Assembly (NCBI GenBank): GCA_964515685.1
Contig: CAZEWA010000003.1
Coordinates: 1-61,758 of the forward strand
Direction: 5' to 3'
Source: an uncultured Polyangiales bacterium
GTDB taxonomy: Bacteria > Myxococcota_A > Polyangia > Polyangiales > DASUME01
DNA: 61,758 nt
Shown: in pieces, positions 1-8,919 of the stretch
How positions within the stretch are numbered: position 1 is the stretch's first letter
How the letters are laid out: each line of letters starts with the position of its first letter
Made by a program: the position numbers and the translations under genes
Notes under the pieces: generated by a model
Told to the model about the DNA's origin: nothing
Seen by the model: only the letters and a program-made list of their open reading frames with translations
The model's database searches: none

Positions 1-1084
1 CGAGCCCAACGATGCCGGGTGCGGCGCCCGTGAGCAGGGCGCCCAGCGCGACTAGGACCTGCAGAAGTCCGCTGGCGTCGAGGACCTCGCCGAGGCTTCC
101 CTTGACGGCGCTCACGCAGGGCCTGCCGCTCGCGGCGCCCAAGAGTCCGAGCAAGGCGCGGGCTTCGGCGTCGTCTGTTCGCGCTGTGCCGTTGGCGCCT
201 GCGCTGAGGAAGCCGAGTGCGTCAGCAGCCACACCGGCCGCGCGCAGTGCGTCGCCACACACGCGTCGCAGTGTTGTCTCCAGGTTCGACTCGCTTGACG
301 GTTCGAGCGCGAGGCCGGCCGCGTGGCCACGGATGCGCCCGAAAATCGTAGCATCGCGTGCCTTGGCCTGAACCTGTGGTTCGAGCACCAAAGCAACTGC
401 GGCCTCTCCAAACGCGTTGCCTTCGTGCAGGCGATCGAACACTCGGAATCGATCCGCAGTCGCGAGCATGCCGGCCCGCGAGGCGGAGATCGTGAGCTCA
501 CGACACGGCGAGAAAGCCGCGACCACGACACATGCCTGGGCGCGTCCGCTCTGGAGGAGACGCACGCCGTGAGCAAGCGCATCGAGCGAGGAGGTGGCGC
601 CTCCGCCCAAGGTCACCGAGAATGCCTTGGCGTCTAAGGCCAGGGCCGTGGCGGCACCCGGAGCGCTAGAGATGGCGAGTGGCATCAGGGCGGGGTTTGT
701 ACGCTGGATGCCGGATTTCCAGAGGCTTGCGTCATACTCGAGCAAGGTGTCGAGGTGACCGAACGTCGATGCAAACACGATGCCGAGCGCTTCACCGCTC
801 AGCGCGCAGCCCGACTGCGTAAGTGCGCGCTTGGCGGCGCAGATGGCGAGCTGCGTGGTGCGGTTGTAGACGCGCATGCCGCGCACGTTGGCGTAGCGGG
901 TGGCATCAAACTGGGCGATGCGCGCCTCATTCAGATTACCGCTCTCGGGCTTCGGCACCACGCAGCCCAAGCCCTCGTGAAGCGCGGAGAGCAGCGACTC
1001 GAAGGTGTCGCCGAGCGGCGTGATCACACCCACGCCGCTGATGACGATGGCGGACGAAGTGAGGGGATCGATCCCGGCACTCAT
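1..1084 (-). CDS. Ketosynthase-like protein lacking the active-site cysteine (KS-beta / chain-length-factor-like); 3' end runs off the left edge
   Basis: Own translation of the minus strand from ATG at 1084 (ATGA overlap with the stop of the upstream KS at 1081-1083) stays open to nt 1: MSAGIDPLTSSAIVISGVGVITPLGDTFESLLSALHEG... It has the thiolase/KS layout, but the position of the catalytic TACxSS reads VTLGGGATSSLDA (nt 581-616), with no Cys. It is absent from the ORF track because there is no stop inside the window. Confidence 0.75.
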   Translation of the reverse strand, partial: MSAGIDPLTSSAIVISGVGVITPLGDTFESLLSALHEGLGCVVPKPESGNLNEARIAQFDATRYANVRGMRVYNRTTQLAICAAKRALTQSGCALSGEALGIVFASTFGHLDTLLEYDASLWKSGIQRTNPALMPLAISSAPGAATALALDAKAFSVTLGGGATSSLDALAHGVRLLQSGRAQACVVVAAFSPCRELTISASRAGMLATADRFRVFDRLHEGNAFGEAAVALVLEPQVQAKARDATIFGRIRGHAAGLALEPSSESNLETTLRRVCGDALRAAGVAADALGFLSAGANGTARTDDAEARALLGLLGAASGRPCVSAVKGSLGEVLDASGLLQVLVALGALLTGAAPGIVGL

Positions 1085-2319
1085 GGCGCCTCCTTGAGCA
1101 CGAGACACACGTTGAAGCCGCCGAAACCCGCGGCCATGTTGAGACAGGTTCGTACGTTGGCGGCGCGACCTCGGTCGCGGATGAGGTCGAGCTCGATGCG
1201 AGGATCGGGCTCACTCAAGTTGGCGGTGGGTGGCAGCGCCCGGTGGAGCAGCGCAAGGGCGCAGGCGACACTCTCGATGGCACTCGCCGCACCGTTTGTG
1301 TGTCCGAGCATCGACTTGATCGAACTTACGGGTAAATCGCGGGATAGCTCACCGAAAACTTCCTTCAGGGCCAAAGCTTCGCCGATGTCGTTGTAGGCGG
1401 TGCCGGTGCCGTGGGCGCTCACGTAGTCCACAGCGCTGCGCGGAGTTTGTGTGCTCTCGAGGGCCTGTTTGATGGCTCTCGCAAAGCCCTCGCCGCTGGG
1501 TTCGGGAGCCGTGATGTGGTGTGCGTCGTTGCTGATGCCGTAACCGCAGAGCTCAGCGTAGATGCGCGCACTGCGTCGTCGGGCGTGCTCAAGCTCTTCG
1601 AGCACCATCACGCCTGCGCCTTCGCCAAAGGAGACACCGTCACGGTCTTTGTCGAACGGTTTGCAGGTGCTCTTGGAGAGTGCGTTCATGCGCGCGAAGC
1701 CACAGTACGTTACGCGCGTGAGTGTGTCGGCGCCGCCGGCTAGCATCATGTCGACCGTGCCGTCGGCCACGAGATCGTAGGCCCACGCGGTCGCGGCGTT
1801 GCCGGAGCTGCAAGCAGTCGCGTTGAGTAAGAGCGGACCCACCAGTTCATGTTCGCGTGCGATCGACAGTGGAAGACGTGTGTTGTCGGCGAGCTGAAAG
1901 AAATCTGCGCCGATGGCGTCATCGCCCTGTTCGGCGCGTCGCTCGCTTACGTGATTGAGCTGTCGTTCCTCGCCCAGCGTGGTGCCGATCGCGACGCCCA
2001 TGCGAGCCTCGGTAGCAAGGTTCGGCGAGACGAAAGCGTCGACCATCGCCTTCCGTGCCGCTAGGTTCGCGAGTAGGTTGCAGCGATCGCGTCGGCGCGC
2101 GCCCTCTTCATGCGAGGCGAGACCGTGTTCTGGCAGATCGACCTCGGCGCCCCTAGCATCGGAGAGTCCCGGCACGATGAAGTGACGCAGTGGTTGGATG
2201 AAACACGTGCCTTGCATGAGAGCATCCCAAAACTTGGGCAGCTCACAGCCGGCTGCGCTCACCACGCCGCAACCGGTGAGCACCACGCGCCTGCGCGGTG
2301 TTGGCTTGGACTTCGTCAC
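1081..2319 (-). CDS. Beta-ketoacyl-ACP synthase, FabF/KAS-II type (elongating KS)
   Basis: 412 aa. N-terminal RRVVLTGCGVVSAAG; catalytic Cys in NATACSSGNAA; the two His motifs VSAHGTGTAYND and SMLGHTNGAAS; C-terminal NMAAGFGGFNVCLVL. Confidence 0.9.
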   Translation of the reverse strand: MTKSKPTPRRRVVLTGCGVVSAAGCELPKFWDALMQGTCFIQPLRHFIVPGLSDARGAEVDLPEHGLASHEEGARRRDRCNLLANLAARKAMVDAFVSPNLATEARMGVAIGTTLGEERQLNHVSERRAEQGDDAIGADFFQLADNTRLPLSIAREHELVGPLLLNATACSSGNAATAWAYDLVADGTVDMMLAGGADTLTRVTYCGFARMNALSKSTCKPFDKDRDGVSFGEGAGVMVLEELEHARRRSARIYAELCGYGISNDAHHITAPEPSGEGFARAIKQALESTQTPRSAVDYVSAHGTGTAYNDIGEALALKEVFGELSRDLPVSSIKSMLGHTNGAASAIESVACALALLHRALPPTANLSEPDPRIELDLIRDRGRAANVRTCLNMAAGFGGFNVCLVLKEAP

Positions 2320-2999
2320 GGAGTGACCTGCGCTTCGTGTGAGACTGGTTCATGGCGATTCGCACCCTCGGCGCTCAGGGCTACGCTCGCACCATTATTG
2401 ATCGGTGACGCCACCACGCGTGCGCGCGACGCGACTGGTTCTTGTGCGTGTGTTCTGCGAGGTCCGAAGGCGGCCACCGCGGCAGCGGGGATCACACGAT
2501 TTCTCGCGACCACGACCGTGCATCCGTCGGTGACGTTGTTCGCTACGACGCAGTTGGCTCCGATCTTTACGTTGTGCCCCACGCGGATGTTGCCGAGCAC
2601 GCGTGCCCCGGCATAGATGTCCACGTTGTCGCCGAGCTCCGGGAACTGGGCAGAGTTGGCGTTCATTCCGAGCGTCACCTCGTGGAAGATCAGACAGTTC
2701 GCTCCAATCTTGCAGGGGCCGATTAGGATGCTGCGAGGATGCACCAACATAAGCCCAGGCCCGATCTTTGCGCCTGGCGAAATGTCTACCTGATACAGCA
2801 GATGGAACGCTTGGGTGGCTAGTTTCTGTGGCACCAAGAGCGGGAGGCGGAGCGTCCGCGGGAGCTGCCTTGTCCAGCGTCCGAAACGGTGGGTGAGCGT
2901 GACCCAGAAGCCAGGCTCACGATACCAACCCTCCGGGTAGCGCGCGGCGTCTGCCTTCAGTACGGCCAATAGATCGAGCAGCGAAGAAAAACCATGCAT
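2316..2999 (-). CDS. Left-handed beta-helix (hexapeptide-repeat) acyltransferase, serine O-acetyltransferase-like
   Basis: Hexapeptide repeats: GAKIGPGLMLVHPRSILIGPCKIGANCLIFHEVTLG...GDNVDIYAGARVLGNIRVGHNVKIGANCVV. I prefer the ATG at 2999 (MHGFSSLL) because AAGGAGG lies about 5 nt upstream on the minus strand; the track start is 3029. There is a 4-nt overlap with the KS start. Confidence 0.8.
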   Translation of the reverse strand: MHGFSSLLDLLAVLKADAARYPEGWYREPGFWVTLTHRFGRWTRQLPRTLRLPLLVPQKLATQAFHLLYQVDISPGAKIGPGLMLVHPRSILIGPCKIGANCLIFHEVTLGMNANSAQFPELGDNVDIYAGARVLGNIRVGHNVKIGANCVVANNVTDGCTVVVARNRVIPAAAVAAFGPRRTHAQEPVASRARVVASPINNGASVALSAEGANRHEPVSHEAQVTP

Positions 3000-3039
3000 A
3001 TGCCCCTCCTTATTCCAGCGCGTGTTCACAGCTCAGCAC

Positions 3040-3804
3040 TCAACTGATGAAACCACCGTCAACCACGATCGTTTGACCTGTCAGGTAGGTCGGCGCTTCG
3101 GTCGCAAGAAACCGAACGATCGTGGCTATCTCCTCAGGTGTCCCGAGCCTGCGCATCGGAATGCGCGCGATGGCGGCCGCCCTCTGTTCCGGGTTCTGAT
3201 CGGCCAGCATGTCCGTCTCCACGTAACCAGGGGCTACGGCGTTGACCGGAATGCTCCAGTGCGCGAGTTCCTTTGCGAGTGAGCGCGTGAAGCCGATGAT
3301 CGCGCCCTTGGCCGCAGAGTAGTTTGTCTGTCCAGGGATACCGATAAGTCCGGACACCGAGGTGATATTGACGATACGCCCGCCGTGTTGACGGATCATT
3401 TGCTTCGAAGCCGCCCGCGTGGCGCTGAATAGACCATTCAGGCTGGTCTCGAGGACGCTGAACCATTCTTCCTCGCTCATCATTGCGAGCAGGCGGTCAT
3501 GGGTGATGGCTGCATTGTTGACGAGCACGTGCAGCGCACCGGTTTCAGCGACGACTTGATCCACGAGTTCGCCTAGGGCCTTGATGTCTCTTGAGTCGAC
3601 GCGCAACGCCGTGGCGCGCAGGCCAGAAGCTGCAAGCTTTACGACCAAGCCCGCTGCAATCTCTGCATTGTTGAGGTAAGTGAAGAGCACGTGGAAGCCC
3701 CGTGCTGCGAGTTGTGTAACGATGGCTCGACCGATGCCGCGCGAGCCTCCCGTGACGAGAGCGACGCGCACTTGATCCGGCGCGTGAGGGGCTTGCGGCT
3801 CCAT
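3040..3804 (-). CDS. 3-oxoacyl-ACP reductase-like short-chain dehydrogenase (FabG family)
   Basis: 254 aa. Cofactor motif VALVTGGSRGIGRAI, NNAA, catalytic YSAAKGA (YxxxK), C-terminal GQTIVVDGG. Confidence 0.9.
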   Translation of the reverse strand: MEPQAPHAPDQVRVALVTGGSRGIGRAIVTQLAARGFHVLFTYLNNAEIAAGLVVKLAASGLRATALRVDSRDIKALGELVDQVVAETGALHVLVNNAAITHDRLLAMMSEEEWFSVLETSLNGLFSATRAASKQMIRQHGGRIVNITSVSGLIGIPGQTNYSAAKGAIIGFTRSLAKELAHWSIPVNAVAPGYVETDMLADQNPEQRAAAIARIPMRRLGTPEEIATIVRFLATEAPTYLTGQTIVVDGGFIS

Positions 3805-4031
3805 CAGCTCATCTTCAGCGACTTCACGAGGTTCAGTAGATCGTCGAAGGTTCTCGCTTCGGCATAGCGTTCCTCAGGGAATTTCACGTTGAACGCCCGT
3901 TCGATCTCGAAGACCAGCTCGAACACGCGGACCGAGTCCACTTTGAGCTCGTCACGTAGATTGGCCTTTGGTGAAAAGCCGGCGTCAGTTTCGGCGATCT
4001 TGGCGATCATCTCTCTGAGTACGTGTTCCAT
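3804..4031 (-). CDS. Acyl carrier protein
   Basis: 75 aa, acidic, four-helix ACP pattern with the phosphopantetheine serine in LKVDSVRVFELV. Confidence 0.8.
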   Translation of the reverse strand: MEHVLREMIAKIAETDAGFSPKANLRDELKVDSVRVFELVFEIERAFNVKFPEERYAEARTFDDLLNLVKSLKMS

Positions 4032-4080
4032 GGCTTGCTTCTCCGTTGAGTATGGGGCCGTGTATTTGCAGATCCGTTGT

Positions 4081-4332
4081 TCAGGTTGGAATCCTACTGA
4101 TTACAAGCTCGGCAACGCTGTGGACCGTTCGAAAGGACTCGGAGCTTACGTCTGACGGATCCAGTTGAGTCTTGAACGTGTCGTCGAGGAATGCAATGAG
4201 GGCGAGTGTTGCGAAGGAATCTAGGATCCCATTGGCCTGCAGATCGGTCTCGTCGTCGAAGCCCCGGCTGTCTCCACTGAGCCAGGTGCTCGCGATGTAT
4301 TCACGAATGTCTGAACGGACGCGGTCTTCCAC
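4081..4332 (-). CDS. Peptidyl/aminoacyl carrier protein (DltC/PCP-like)
   Basis: 83 aa. The carrier serine is in ANGILDSFATLALIAFLDD. It lies directly downstream of the adenylation enzyme. Confidence 0.75.
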   Translation of the reverse strand: MEDRVRSDIREYIASTWLSGDSRGFDDETDLQANGILDSFATLALIAFLDDTFKTQLDPSDVSSESFRTVHSVAELVISRIPT

Positions 4333-4346
4333 AGTTTGGGTCCTTT

Positions 4347-5912
4347 CTACTCGGCGGAGCGTTGGTCTGGTTTGAACTGCTCCAGGTCGCCTGCGACTAG
4401 CGCGCTTCTCGTGCGTACGCGATCGATCTTGCCGCTCGAGGTGCGAGGCAGCACTGCGACGAGCCGCACGTCACCAGGAATCATGTAGCGAGGTAGGTGT
4501 GCAGCGCAATGGCGCTTCACTTCGAGCACCGACACGCTCAGCTCCGACACCATGGCGACTGCGGTCAGGCGCTGGTCGATCAACATGGCGACAGCTTCTT
4601 GAATGCCCGGATGCGCGTGGAGTGCGGCCTCGACTTCGCCGAGCTCGACACGGAAGCCGTGGACCTTGACCATATGGTCCTTGCGGCCGTGGTACATCAG
4701 CTCGCCGTCTTTGCGACGCGAGACCAGATCGCCCGTCGGATAGGGCCGCTTTGCAGGCGTGCGTGCTCCGCCATTCCAGTATCCGAGCATCACGGTCGGC
4801 CCGTCTACCCACAGCTCGCCCACCTCTCCATCGGAGACCGGCTGGGCATGTTCGTCGACGATGGTGCAGACATCGTTGCAGACTGCATGCCCGATTGGGA
4901 TAGCCGTGGTGTCTGCAGCCGGAACATCGGGCACCTCATAGGCCAGGCACACGTTGGTCTCGGTGGGGCCAAACAGGTTGACAAATCTTGCGATGGGGAG
5001 GGCTGCCATGGCGCGTCGCAGGTGCTTGATGGGAAACACCTCGCCTGCGAAGAGGACCACGCGGAGTGACGGCGCTCCGCGCTGCTCGAGGGCGGCAGAC
5101 TCGAGCATCAGGATCAGCGCCGAGGGCACCGAGTACCACACGTTGATGGTTTGCTCATGGATCACATCGAGCATGCGTTTGCCCGAAACCACCGAGGCCT
5201 CGTCAACAATTACGATGGTTGCCCCGCGCGAGAGCGACGACCAGACGTCGAATACCGACAGATCGAAGTGGAAAGGGGCGACGCTCGCCACTCGATCGAA
5301 CTGTGTGAGCGAGATACTTTCGGCGGCCCAGTCCGCAAATGAGAGCGCGTTGCGGTGCGAGAGCATGACGCCCTTGGGCACGCCCGTGGAACCCGAGGTG
5401 TAGAGTATGTAGGCGAGCGTATCTGGGTCAGGCTCGGGCAGAGGCACAGGCGCCGTACTTACCTCTTGCAGGTCCGTCCAGGAGTGAACCTGCGCGGGCG
5501 CATCGAGCGCGGGCACCGGGCCGTCTGCGGCCAGGAAGAAATGTTTGAAGGATGTCACCACGTTGGCCGTGCGAAAGCTTGCGAGTAGCTGCGGCGAGAT
5601 CACGACGTGCTCAAGTCCGCAATCACGCGCGATAAGCTGAATGCGGGCAGGCGGAGAGCTAGGGTCGAGCGGCACATACACGGCACCGGCTCGCAGCGCT
5701 CCCAACATGGCTGCTACGCCGCGCCCTGAGCGTGGCAGGTGGATGCCCACGCGCGCGCCCGGAAGCACGCCGTGCATTGTGAAGGCACGGGCAAAGCGAT
5801 TGGCGAGTGCGTCGAGTTCAGCGTAGCTGAGGTGGCTGTCGCCCGACAGAACTGCAGTGTGCTCGGGGATGCGCTGGGCCCATCCGCTGACCAGTCGATC
5901 GAGTCGCATCAT
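4347..5912 (-). CDS. Stand-alone NRPS-type adenylation enzyme (amino acid-AMP ligase, DltA/PltF-like)
   Basis: 521 aa with complete ANL core motifs: YILYTSGSTGVPKGV (A3), FHFDLSVFD (A4), NLFGPTETN (A5), YPTGDLV (A7), GRKDHMVKVHGFRVELGEVE (A8), PRTSSGKIDR (A10). Confidence 0.9.
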   Translation of the reverse strand: MMRLDRLVSGWAQRIPEHTAVLSGDSHLSYAELDALANRFARAFTMHGVLPGARVGIHLPRSGRGVAAMLGALRAGAVYVPLDPSSPPARIQLIARDCGLEHVVISPQLLASFRTANVVTSFKHFFLAADGPVPALDAPAQVHSWTDLQEVSTAPVPLPEPDPDTLAYILYTSGSTGVPKGVMLSHRNALSFADWAAESISLTQFDRVASVAPFHFDLSVFDVWSSLSRGATIVIVDEASVVSGKRMLDVIHEQTINVWYSVPSALILMLESAALEQRGAPSLRVVLFAGEVFPIKHLRRAMAALPIARFVNLFGPTETNVCLAYEVPDVPAADTTAIPIGHAVCNDVCTIVDEHAQPVSDGEVGELWVDGPTVMLGYWNGGARTPAKRPYPTGDLVSRRKDGELMYHGRKDHMVKVHGFRVELGEVEAALHAHPGIQEAVAMLIDQRLTAVAMVSELSVSVLEVKRHCAAHLPRYMIPGDVRLVAVLPRTSSGKIDRVRTRSALVAGDLEQFKPDQRSAE

Positions 5913-7096
5913 CGAAGCCCCATCGAGCGGGCGATGATGGCCCGCTGCATTTCGGACGTGCCCGAGAAGACCCGGGATGGAATCGCGTCGCGTAGTAGTG
6001 CATCAACTCCAGTTTCGGGTGCGACGCCTGAGCCTCCAAAGATTTGGATTGCATCGAGACCGCACTGAACCGCGGACTCCGAGATCCACAGCTTGCTGAG
6101 CGCCACCGCCTCGTCGCAGCGCTTGCCTGCACGGTGCAGCTCGCCTGCACGGTACAGTAAGAGTCGACTCGTCTCTAGCCTGAGTTTCATGTCGACCAGA
6201 CGGTTTGACACCGATTGAAAGCTACCTAAGAGCTCGCCAAACTGCTTGCGCGAGCGCGCGTGCTCGACGCAGCGAGAAAGCGTCCGCTGCATGGCGCCCA
6301 CATAGTAGGCGAACAGACAGCCGCGCTCCCAGATCATCGACTCGTTGAAGAGCAGCGCGCCCGACCCCTCAGGTCCCATGCGAGCACTCTCGGGTACCAG
6401 GCATTCCTCGAGATAGACCGTGCCCCAGGGCGAGCTACGCAGGCCGCTCTTGGTGGCGCCAGCGACCACACGCAGTCCGGGCGTGTCGCGCGGTAAGATA
6501 AAGGAAGAAATGCCCATAAAACCGCGCTCTGGACTGGTGGACGCGTAGATGAGGAAGAGGTCTGCGACAGGGGCGTTCGTGATGAAGACCTTGGTGCCAT
6601 CGAGTAGATACTCCGCGCCTTTACGGGTGGCACGGGTTTGCATGGCGTAAACGTCGGACCCCGCTTCGGGTTCGGTCGTGCCATTCGCGCAGATGAGCTT
6701 CCCGGTGGCGATGTCGCGCAGATACCGCTCGTGGTGAACGCTCGACTTGGAGCGCCAGATGGGAATCGCGGACGCGAACATGTGCGCGCACAGAGAGAAG
6801 GTCAGTCCACCGTCTTCGCATTCGAGGCCCAGCGCTTCTATGATCTCCATGGTTTCTACGGCATCGAGCCCACTGCCACCCCATTGCTCGGGTATGGGCA
6901 GGCCCGTAAGACCGAAGGCTGCCGCTTCGTCCCACAGAGAACGTTCGAAGCGGCCTTGTTCGCAGCGCTCGCGTGCCCCAGGCGTCAGGCGACGGCGCGC
7001 GAAGTCCCGCACAACGCGGACGCGCTCGTGTTGATGACTTTCGTGGCGTTCCATCCTTCGTGAAGCTAAGTGACATTGGGTCGAATGTGCAAGCAT
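5909..7096 (-). CDS. Acyl-CoA/acyl-carrier-protein dehydrogenase family flavoenzyme
   Basis: 395 aa. Typical ACAD stretches: TEPEAGSDVYAMQTRA, KVFITNAP, IFGGSGV, SGTSEMQRAIIAR. There is a 4-nt overlap with the adenylation gene. The start could instead be the ATG at 7054. Confidence 0.85.
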   Translation of the reverse strand: MLAHSTQCHLASRRMERHESHQHERVRVVRDFARRRLTPGARERCEQGRFERSLWDEAAAFGLTGLPIPEQWGGSGLDAVETMEIIEALGLECEDGGLTFSLCAHMFASAIPIWRSKSSVHHERYLRDIATGKLICANGTTEPEAGSDVYAMQTRATRKGAEYLLDGTKVFITNAPVADLFLIYASTSPERGFMGISSFILPRDTPGLRVVAGATKSGLRSSPWGTVYLEECLVPESARMGPEGSGALLFNESMIWERGCLFAYYVGAMQRTLSRCVEHARSRKQFGELLGSFQSVSNRLVDMKLRLETSRLLLYRAGELHRAGKRCDEAVALSKLWISESAVQCGLDAIQIFGGSGVAPETGVDALLRDAIPSRVFSGTSEMQRAIIARSMGLR

Positions 7097-7268
7097 GCAT
7101 CACACGGGAACACATTCGTCCTTCTCGGATTCGGACAGTCTAATTCGAACATCGAAGTAAGATTTTGCGCGGGCCTTGATGGACATCAGGCGGATAGGTT
7201 CCGATCGGCTCGCCTCGCCTGAAAAAACGTGTGACGCAATGCGTGACGATACGGACGGAGGCTGGTCG

Positions 7269-8279
7269 ATGGCAAACGTACTGAACCGCCGTTGGTTGCT
7301 GGCAGAGAGACCTCGGGGCATTCCACGTCAGGAGGACTTCGCATGGAGCGAGGTTCCTGTGCCCATTCCGAACAAGGGAGAGCTGTTGATCCGCAATCTA
7401 TGTCTCGCATGCGAGCCGACTCAACTCGGTTGGGCCGCTGGGGAGACTTATCTTCCCGCCGTCCAGCTCGGAGAAGTAATGCGCTCGCTCGCGGCAGGAG
7501 AAGTGGTGGCGTCGAACGATCCCCGATTCCGCGTTGGGCAGCGCGTTCAGGGGCTTTTTGGCTGGCAGGACTTCGTCACAGTGCGCGCAGACGTCGCGTA
7601 TCCGGTGCTGCCGATCGCCTCTGGCGTGTCGGTCGAAACGGCTCTTTCGGTGCTAGGCAACACAGGGCTGACGGCCTACTTTGGGATGCTCGAAATAGGG
7701 CGGCCCGTCGCAGGCGAGACGGTCGTAGTGTCGGCGGCTGCCGGAGCTACCGGCTCGGTCGCGGGCCAGATTGCCAAACTCAAGGGCTGTCGTGTGATCG
7801 GTATTGCCGGTGGGGTCGACAAATGCCGCTACCTGACAGAGCAGCTCGGCTTCGACGCGGCCATCGACTACAAGCGCGAGAACCTCGTCTCGCGGCTGCG
7901 CCAGACGTGTCCGAACGGTATCGATGTGTATTTCGACAACGTCGGCGGGCGGGTATTGGATGCTGTCCTGTTGTTCTTGGCCTTGCACGGGCGCATCGTG
8001 TTGTGCGGGGCCATCTCCGGCTACGCCGAAGCCGTGCCCCACGGCCCGCGAAACTACCTGCGTCTGCTGCGGCAGCGCGGCCGGATGGAGGGCTTCATCG
8101 TGTTAGACTTCCTGGCGCGGGCCGAGGAGGCCAGTGCGGTGTTACGCGCTTGGCTCGAGGCCGGCCAGCTCAAAGACCGTGTCGACATGTTGACAGGCCT
8201 CGAGAATGCGCCCAGGGCACTCGCTCGTCTGTTTTCCGGAGAGAATCAGGGGAAACAACTCGTCCAGCTCGTCGCTTGA
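7269..8279 (+). CDS. NADP-dependent oxidoreductase, zinc-independent medium-chain dehydrogenase/reductase (YncB / enone-reductase-like)
   Basis: MANVLNRRWLLAERPRGIPRQEDF start, Rossmann motif VSAAAGATGSVAGQIAKLKGCRVIGIAG, C-terminal GENQGKQLV. I prefer the ATG at 7269 over the track start at 7176. It is divergent from the biosynthetic operon. Confidence 0.85.
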   Translation: MANVLNRRWLLAERPRGIPRQEDFAWSEVPVPIPNKGELLIRNLCLACEPTQLGWAAGETYLPAVQLGEVMRSLAAGEVVASNDPRFRVGQRVQGLFGWQDFVTVRADVAYPVLPIASGVSVETALSVLGNTGLTAYFGMLEIGRPVAGETVVVSAAAGATGSVAGQIAKLKGCRVIGIAGGVDKCRYLTEQLGFDAAIDYKRENLVSRLRQTCPNGIDVYFDNVGGRVLDAVLLFLALHGRIVLCGAISGYAEAVPHGPRNYLRLLRQRGRMEGFIVLDFLARAEEASAVLRAWLEAGQLKDRVDMLTGLENAPRALARLFSGENQGKQLVQLVA

Positions 8280-8325
8280 GGCTCGGTGACGCGAGTGAGC
8301 TGCGCTACGGTCAGGCGGAGCTGTA

Positions 8326-8919
8326 CTAACGCCTCTCGCCCCGGATAGCGTAAGGATTCCAGTCTGCGGGATCTGAGGGGTTGCGGACGCAGTGGACCAA
8401 GTAGAGGAGGTTAGAGTAGCTCAGTCTCTGCACGGATGGGAGGATCGTAAGCTCGGTTGAGGCGTACCCTCGAGGGTAGGTCACACGCTCGGTGCCTTTG
8501 GGCACGACGACCGTGTACGTGCCAGAGTAGCGAAGCAGCTGAGGCTTTTGGCCTGCTTTCGCCACATAGCGACGCATGGGTTCGAGCATCCCCCAGAACT
8601 GCGGGGATCTTGCGAAAGGCGAGTTATGAACCTCGGAGCTCGACTTCAGCAGCACGAGGACGTGCTCGCAGTCGCTTGCCTCAAGCAGTACGGCATGACC
8701 CGGGCGCACTTCCTGTGGCTTACTGATGATCTCGGAAGTGGCGATAGGCGCGGCCTGTTCGGGCACACAGCCAGGAGCTGGCGCCCAGCCCAACATGAGG
8801 ATCCAGCTTGCTGCACCAAGGCGGAGGCGGCTGCGCGCGCGCTGGAGGGAGCTGGGAGGGCATGCTCTCGGGTTCTCACCACCAGTTCTGATACTCCGGC
8901 GGATCGTTGTACGGCTCAT
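8326..8919 (-). CDS. Hypothetical secreted protein / possible lipoprotein
   Basis: 197-aa ORF with a hydrophobic N-terminus ending in APGC. I recognise no catalytic motif. The start is uncertain because it overlaps the upstream gene by 44 nt. Confidence 0.5.
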   Translation of the reverse strand: MSRTTIRRSIRTGGENPRACPPSSLQRARSRLRLGAASWILMLGWAPAPGCVPEQAAPIATSEIISKPQEVRPGHAVLLEASDCEHVLVLLKSSSEVHNSPFARSPQFWGMLEPMRRYVAKAGQKPQLLRYSGTYTVVVPKGTERVTYPRGYASTELTILPSVQRLSYSNLLYLVHCVRNPSDPADWNPYAIRGERR

